A stretch of 64,000 nucleotides of DNA. Origin: an uncultured Desulfosarcina sp. Its GTDB lineage: Bacteria > Desulfobacterota > Desulfobacteria > Desulfobacterales > Desulfosarcinaceae. Both the position numbers and the translations under genes were made by a program. Position 1 is the first letter of the stretch, and each line of letters begins with the position of its first letter. Shown here one piece after another: positions 59,674 through 64,000 of the stretch. The notes beneath the pieces were generated by a model that searched no databases, was not told where the DNA came from, and saw nothing but the letters and a program-made list of their open reading frames with translations. The DNA lies in contig CAXXWQ010000002.1 in the NCBI GenBank assembly GCA_963674945.2, forward strand, positions 288,001 through 352,000, read 5' to 3'.

Positions 59674-61548
59674 TTATTCCATTCTTCCACCTTCCACTGC
59701 TTGCATCCGTCTGGCAAATTTTTTCTCCATTCGTCGTCGCTCTTCGTCCATGGACTCCATATCGGCGAAACGGGTCTCGATGATATTCTGACAGGCACGG
59801 ATCTCCTGGGACAATGTGGCGATGCGATCCCCGGCCCCGTCCTGGGAGGCCTGCATCATCTGTTCATTCAGTTCCTCCAGTCGACCTTCGTTTTCTTCGA
59901 TCTCCTTTTCGGCGTTGGTAATGGCATCTTCCATGGGTTTCAGCACCTTGGACTTTTCGGTGATGATCTCCGAACGAAGACGCCGAAGTTCCTTTTTTGT
60001 GAGGCGGGAAAGGGCTGCGGTCGGCTGGTCGTCAGACCCGTCGCCGTGGCGGGTTATGGATGCATCGTCCCCCCATCCCCCCTTTTCCAGAAAGTCCTGG
60101 TAGCTGCCGTGAAACATGCGGGCGCCGGCATCGTCGAAGACGATCAGCCGATCCGCCAGGGCATGGAGAAACATTTCGTTATGGGTCACCATGACCACCG
60201 CGCCGCCGAAATTGTCGATGGCGGCCAACAGGGCGTCACAGGCATCCATGTCCAGGTGGTTGGTGGGCTCGTCCAGCATCAACATATTTACCGGGGTAAC
60301 CAGCAGTTGGCCGAGCATCACGCGACTCTTTTCGCCACCGGAAAGGACGCTTACCTTTTTCAGGGCGCTGTCGCCTTCGAACATCATGGCGCCGCAGATG
60401 TTCCTCGCCTTCTGCCGATCCACGTCCGGCTGGGCGTACAGAATCTCTTCCTCCACCGTTCGGCTGTCTACCAGGTGCTGGATGTTGGTCTGCTCGAAAA
60501 CACCCGACGCCACCTGCGGATTATAGGTGATCTTCCCCGATGAGGGCGTCAGGGCGCCGGCCAATACTTTGAGCAAGGTGGTCTTGCCTTTGCCGTTTTT
60601 CCCCACGACGCAGATTCGTTCTCCGGCCAGAATGGAAAAGGAGAGCGCCTGGAACAGGGGGCGGCCGGTCTCCCAGGCAAAGGAGAGGTCTTCCACCGAG
60701 ATTACCTGCTTGGCCTTGAAGGGTTTTTCCCGGAATGCAAAATCCAATTCCCGGACCTGTTCCAGCTTCTCTCTTTTTTCCATCTTCGCCAGGGTTTTGA
60801 TTCGTGACTGGACCATGTTGGCCAGGCGCGCCTTGGCACGAAAACGGGAGATGAAGAGGCGAATCTCCTTTTCCCGGCGTTCGTCGTTGATCCGGGTCTT
60901 TTCGTAGATCTCCTCGTCCTGGGCAATGCGGTCGTAGTACTTTTCCGTATTGCCCGTGATCTTTCTGGCTTTTTTCCGGTGAATGCCAACGGTATGGGTT
61001 ACCAGCTTGTCCATGAATCCACGGTCGTGGGTGATGAGCATCAACTCGTGGGGCCAGGCAAAAAGAAAGTTTTCGATCCATCGGATGCTGGTGATGTCGA
61101 GGTAGTTGGTGGGTTCGTCGAGCAAAAGCAGGTCCGGTTCGGAAACCAGGATCTTGGCCAGGTTGAGCCGAACCTGAAATCCACCGGAAAAATCATGCGG
61201 GCTTCTTACCATGTCGCCATCGCTGAACCCCAATCCTGCCAGAATCTTCTCCACCTTCCAGTGGTGATCCTTTTCGCTGGCCAAAAGCCCTTTCATGCCT
61301 TCTGCGAGAACGGTCTTTTCGGTGAAGTGAATATGCTGGGTAACGTGGCCGATGCGATACCCCTTGGGCATGGTGATGCCGCCGCCGTCGGCGCTCTCTT
61401 CACCGACGATGATGCGAAACAACGTGGATTTGCCGTGGCCGTTGCGGCCCACCAGACCCACCCGTTCCTTTGCATTGATTTTGAAGCTGACGCCGTCGAA
61501 CAGCACCCGACCGCCATAACTCTTGCACAGATTTTCGATGTTGATCAT
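59674..61548 (-). CDS. ABC-F family ATP-binding protein
   Basis: Two NBDs (GRNGHGKST/FSGG/DEPTN; GKNGKGKTT/LSGGE/DEPTNH), no TM helices, coiled-coil tail; start set at MINIEN. Confidence 0.93.
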   Translation of the reverse strand: MINIENLCKSYGGRVLFDGVSFKINAKERVGLVGRNGHGKSTLFRIIVGEESADGGGITMPKGYRIGHVTQHIHFTEKTVLAEGMKGLLASEKDHHWKVEKILAGLGFSDGDMVRSPHDFSGGFQVRLNLAKILVSEPDLLLLDEPTNYLDITSIRWIENFLFAWPHELMLITHDRGFMDKLVTHTVGIHRKKARKITGNTEKYYDRIAQDEEIYEKTRINDERREKEIRLFISRFRAKARLANMVQSRIKTLAKMEKREKLEQVRELDFAFREKPFKAKQVISVEDLSFAWETGRPLFQALSFSILAGERICVVGKNGKGKTTLLKVLAGALTPSSGKITYNPQVASGVFEQTNIQHLVDSRTVEEEILYAQPDVDRQKARNICGAMMFEGDSALKKVSVLSGGEKSRVMLGQLLVTPVNMLMLDEPTNHLDMDACDALLAAIDNFGGAVVMVTHNEMFLHALADRLIVFDDAGARMFHGSYQDFLEKGGWGDDASITRHGDGSDDQPTAALSRLTKKELRRLRSEIITEKSKVLKPMEDAITNAEKEIEENEGRLEELNEQMMQASQDGAGDRIATLSQEIRACQNIIETRFADMESMDEERRRMEKKFARRMQAVEGGRME

Positions 61549-61787
61549 GATTGCCTTCGCTGGGGCGGGGTCATCAGAAGCTTGCCCGGTATGATTTTTC
61601 CTGAATTGAGCGCAGGTTTTTGTCCTCCCTATAGAGGAAGGCGACGGCGGTGTCAACGGGGAGGGGAGGACAGGCTGTAGGCGATAGGCTGTAGGCGATA
61701 GGGAGAAGAGCTCATAGGAGATAGCGAATAGGAAGGAATAAAACTGCAGGTCGCCTATTGACACAACCCCAAATTCATTGAATTTTC

Positions 61788-61871
61788 GCTATCAGCTATC
61801 AGCTATCAGCTATCAGCTATCAGCTATCAGCTATCAGCTATCAGCTATCAGCTATCAGCTATCAGCTATCA
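61788..61871. repeat. Tandem repeat (GCTATCA)x12
   Basis: Twelve perfect 7-mer copies counted directly. Confidence 0.97.
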
Positions 61872-62263
61872 GCCAGGATAAGCGTATCGATCTGATCCAC
61901 ATATTCAAAGTGATGATCCCGGGTCAGCAATGTGCCGCCGACCTCCATGCAGCAAGCCGCAATCCATACATCATTTAATGGTATTTTTCTGCCTTTCCGT
62001 ACGAGCGACGAATAGATCAGGCCATATTTGGAAGCGACGGATCTCGTCACGTCCACTATCCGGATATCTAAAAATCTGATGATTTCATCGAGTTTTCGTT
62101 CATTGGCGATCCGCCGGCGGCCTTTTGCAAAACCATAGGACAACTCGCCGATCACGATGGCCGGCATGAATAAATTGTTTCCAAGATCTGCCAACGTATC
62201 GACTGTTTGTGAAATGCCTTCGGCAAAGTCACAATAGATGTTCGTGTCAAGAACCAGCTTCAT
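61862..62263 (-). CDS. vapC: PIN-domain toxin (VapC family)
   Basis: LVLDTN, GEL, NDVWIAA and LLTRDHHF motifs; ATG overlaps the antitoxin stop. Confidence 0.92.
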   Translation of the reverse strand: MKLVLDTNIYCDFAEGISQTVDTLADLGNNLFMPAIVIGELSYGFAKGRRRIANERKLDEIIRFLDIRIVDVTRSVASKYGLIYSSLVRKGRKIPLNDVWIAACCMEVGGTLLTRDHHFEYVDQIDTLILADS

Positions 62264-62499
62264 GGCCAATCCTTGTCATCAACCGCTTCGAACTCGGACA
62301 CGAGACGGCGCAGTTCTTTGCATTCTTCCGTGGACATCCAGCCTGCCAGTTCGCGAATCAGCTGAGAGCGGTCTTTTTTTAATGCATATTTCTCATCAAA
62401 CGCTTCTAATATCAGAGCGGTCTTCGTTTTGCCGGTTTTTTCCGCCAAAGACTGTAGACGAGCACCGGTTTTTTTGGGAATTCTGAGACTTACCTGCAT
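62260..62499 (-). CDS. Ribbon-helix-helix antitoxin
   Basis: MQVSLRIP...LQSLAEKTGKTKTALILEA; GGAGGTG RBS; translationally coupled to vapC. Confidence 0.85.
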   Translation of the reverse strand: MQVSLRIPKKTGARLQSLAEKTGKTKTALILEAFDEKYALKKDRSQLIRELAGWMSTEECKELRRLVSEFEAVDDKDWP

Positions 62500-62511
62500 G
62501 TCACACCTCCG

Positions 62512-62541
62512 TGTATTACAAATTGCTTGTAATGTATTACA
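62512..62541. promoter_or_regulatory. Putative toxin-antitoxin autoregulatory operator
   Basis: Overlapping palindromes ATTACA-N7-TGTAAT and TGTAAT-GT-ATTACA just upstream of the antitoxin RBS. Confidence 0.6.
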
Positions 62542-62710
62542 TGACGGGTGAAACGTCAATGGGAGGGAAAGAGAGACTGCGGGTTGTAAACTACCAATTT
62601 TGAATTATGAATTGATAATCTTGAATTTAAAATTCAACCTGCGACCTCTGCGGCTCGAGCGAAGCGGGCGAGCTACAGCCTACAGCCTACAGCCTGCGTT
62701 TTACCACTCA

Positions 62711-63436
62711 TCACCCATCACTGATTTTCGCTGCTTCATCGATATCGATGATTTGCGTCGTTGCATCATGGGGTTTCGTTCGATAGGCGGTCACACGCAT
62801 CAATTTCCCGGTGATCGTTCCGATGCGATCCACCTGTTTTTTGATTTTTCGGGCATAGGCGGTCAACGGGTTTTCGTCATCGGCCTTCATCATCATCAAT
62901 TCGGTGAAACCACTGATGGTCTGGATGGGTTGGTTGAGTTCGTGGCACACGGCACCGGCCATTTCCACGACTCCCTGAAGTTTTTGATTTTGGACCCGTT
63001 CCATTTCAACACCTTCCAGTTGTGCTGCCTTCTTGTGCAGTTTTTGGATCAACATGGACTTGTCGATGTGGACCCGCAGCCGAGCCAGCAGTTCCTCTCG
63101 AAGAAACGGCTTGACCAGGTAATCGGTGGCCCCGGCGTTGAACACCCGGAGCAGCTGCGTTTGATCGGCCGTGGCGGTGAGGAAAATCACCGGAGGCGCG
63201 TCGAGATGCAGTTCGCTGCGAATCCTCCGGCAAAGAGCGACGCCGTCCATTTTGGGTGTATCGATATCCATGGCGATCAGATCCGGCGGATCTTCGGACA
63301 CGGCTCTGGCCAGGGCCTCGATTTCGTTTTTTGCCTCGATGACCCGGTAACCCTCGGGTTCCAGAATTTTTTTTATCAGATTGCATTTGGCGGCGCTGTC
63401 ATCAACGATCAGAACGCTTCCTCGGTTTTCTATCAT
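62711..63436 (-). CDS. Receiver plus HisKA-only protein (no HATPase domain)
   Basis: VLIVDD...MDIDTP...KPF followed by H-box AVCHELNQP; the protein ends without G-boxes. Confidence 0.85.
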   Translation of the reverse strand: MIENRGSVLIVDDSAAKCNLIKKILEPEGYRVIEAKNEIEALARAVSEDPPDLIAMDIDTPKMDGVALCRRIRSELHLDAPPVIFLTATADQTQLLRVFNAGATDYLVKPFLREELLARLRVHIDKSMLIQKLHKKAAQLEGVEMERVQNQKLQGVVEMAGAVCHELNQPIQTISGFTELMMMKADDENPLTAYARKIKKQVDRIGTITGKLMRVTAYRTKPHDATTQIIDIDEAAKISDG

Positions 63437-63672
63437 CACGGCCTCTGTAAAATGGGGAAACGGGATCGGCGCTTTGTCCCGGTTATTCTCTTGCCACCCG
63501 AACCATTTACCGATGTATGGCAACATTATCGGTATTTGTCCGGTCGACTAAAGGAAGGGAAAAACATTGACTTCTATACCACGAAGTGGCATTGATCCCT
63601 CATTCTGAGGAAGTCGCTCATCAAACCCTTTCATACACTATTTTTTGATTTTTCCAGACAGGGACCGGCCCT

Positions 63673-64000
63673 ATGAAACCCAAAGAATTCAGTGCGTATC
63701 GGAAAAAATTGAGCAAAACCCAGAAACAGATGGGCCAGCTGTTGGGAATATCCATAAAAGCCATCCACAGCTACGAACAGGGTTGGCGCACCATTCCCGT
63801 TCACGTGGAACGGCAGCTCTATTTTCTGCTTGTCCGGAAATTGTGCCGGACAAACGGGGCCAAACCATGCTGGAAGGATCGAAGATGTCCCAGAACGCAG
63901 CGGAATCAATGTCCCGCCTGGGAGTTTTCTGCCGGGGATCTGTGTTGGTTCATCAATGGCACCATTTGCGACGGCACGGTCCATGACACGTGGACCGAAA
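63673..64000 (+). CDS. XRE-type HTH regulator with Cys/Trp-rich C-terminal domain (cut off by the window end)
   Basis: Manual translation: MKPKEFSAYRKKLSKTQKQMGQLLGISIKAIHSYEQGWR...PCWKDRRC...CPAWE...LCWFINGTIC; absent from the ORF track because it has no stop in the window. Confidence 0.85.
   Translation, partial: MKPKEFSAYRKKLSKTQKQMGQLLGISIKAIHSYEQGWRTIPVHVERQLYFLLVRKLCRTNGAKPCWKDRRCPRTQRNQCPAWEFSAGDLCWFINGTICDGTVHDTWTE

Noticed and set aside
61788..61871. Possible CRISPR array
   Set aside because: It is a pure 7-mer tandem repeat with no spacers, and there are no cas genes in the window.

Overview
Chromosomal window from an anaerobic Desulfobacterota-like bacterium (Desulfosarcina/Desulfobacteraceae-like gene set; taxonomy is my inference). 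Contents in order: an Lrp-preceded glycine-cleavage/lipoate operon (gcvT-H-PA-PB-lipB-lipA); an orphan MotAB stator; cardiolipin synthase; an orphan PstS-like binding protein; a pair of atypical Hsp70 genes; an HDOD/hybrid kinase/response regulator operon; an Mla-type operon with a degenerate ATPase; a 12-kb putative operon joining a Na+/H+ antiporter, two universal stress proteins, a 1595-aa kinase with six tandem PAS repeats and metK-ahcY; MoxR/VWA; a MesB-like core methionine synthase; tatA; a [NiFe]-hydrogenase; housekeeping genes; and a VapBC module. Two signals stand out. (1) A Tat-exported, anchorless, all-[4Fe-4S] [NiFe]-hydrogenase whose large subunit has no C-terminal cleavage extension is followed 4 bp later by a chemoreceptor with a periplasmic CxxCH heme c motif, a candidate periplasmic H2-sensing chemotaxis module. 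(2) There are nested intergenic repeats, including an identical 65-bp mini-element inserted twice at CT|GAATTCTGACT inside a diverged host repeat and flanked by CT on both sides. I recognised no rRNA, tRNA, CRISPR array or transposase gene. All product calls come from reading motifs by eye; no database searches were run.
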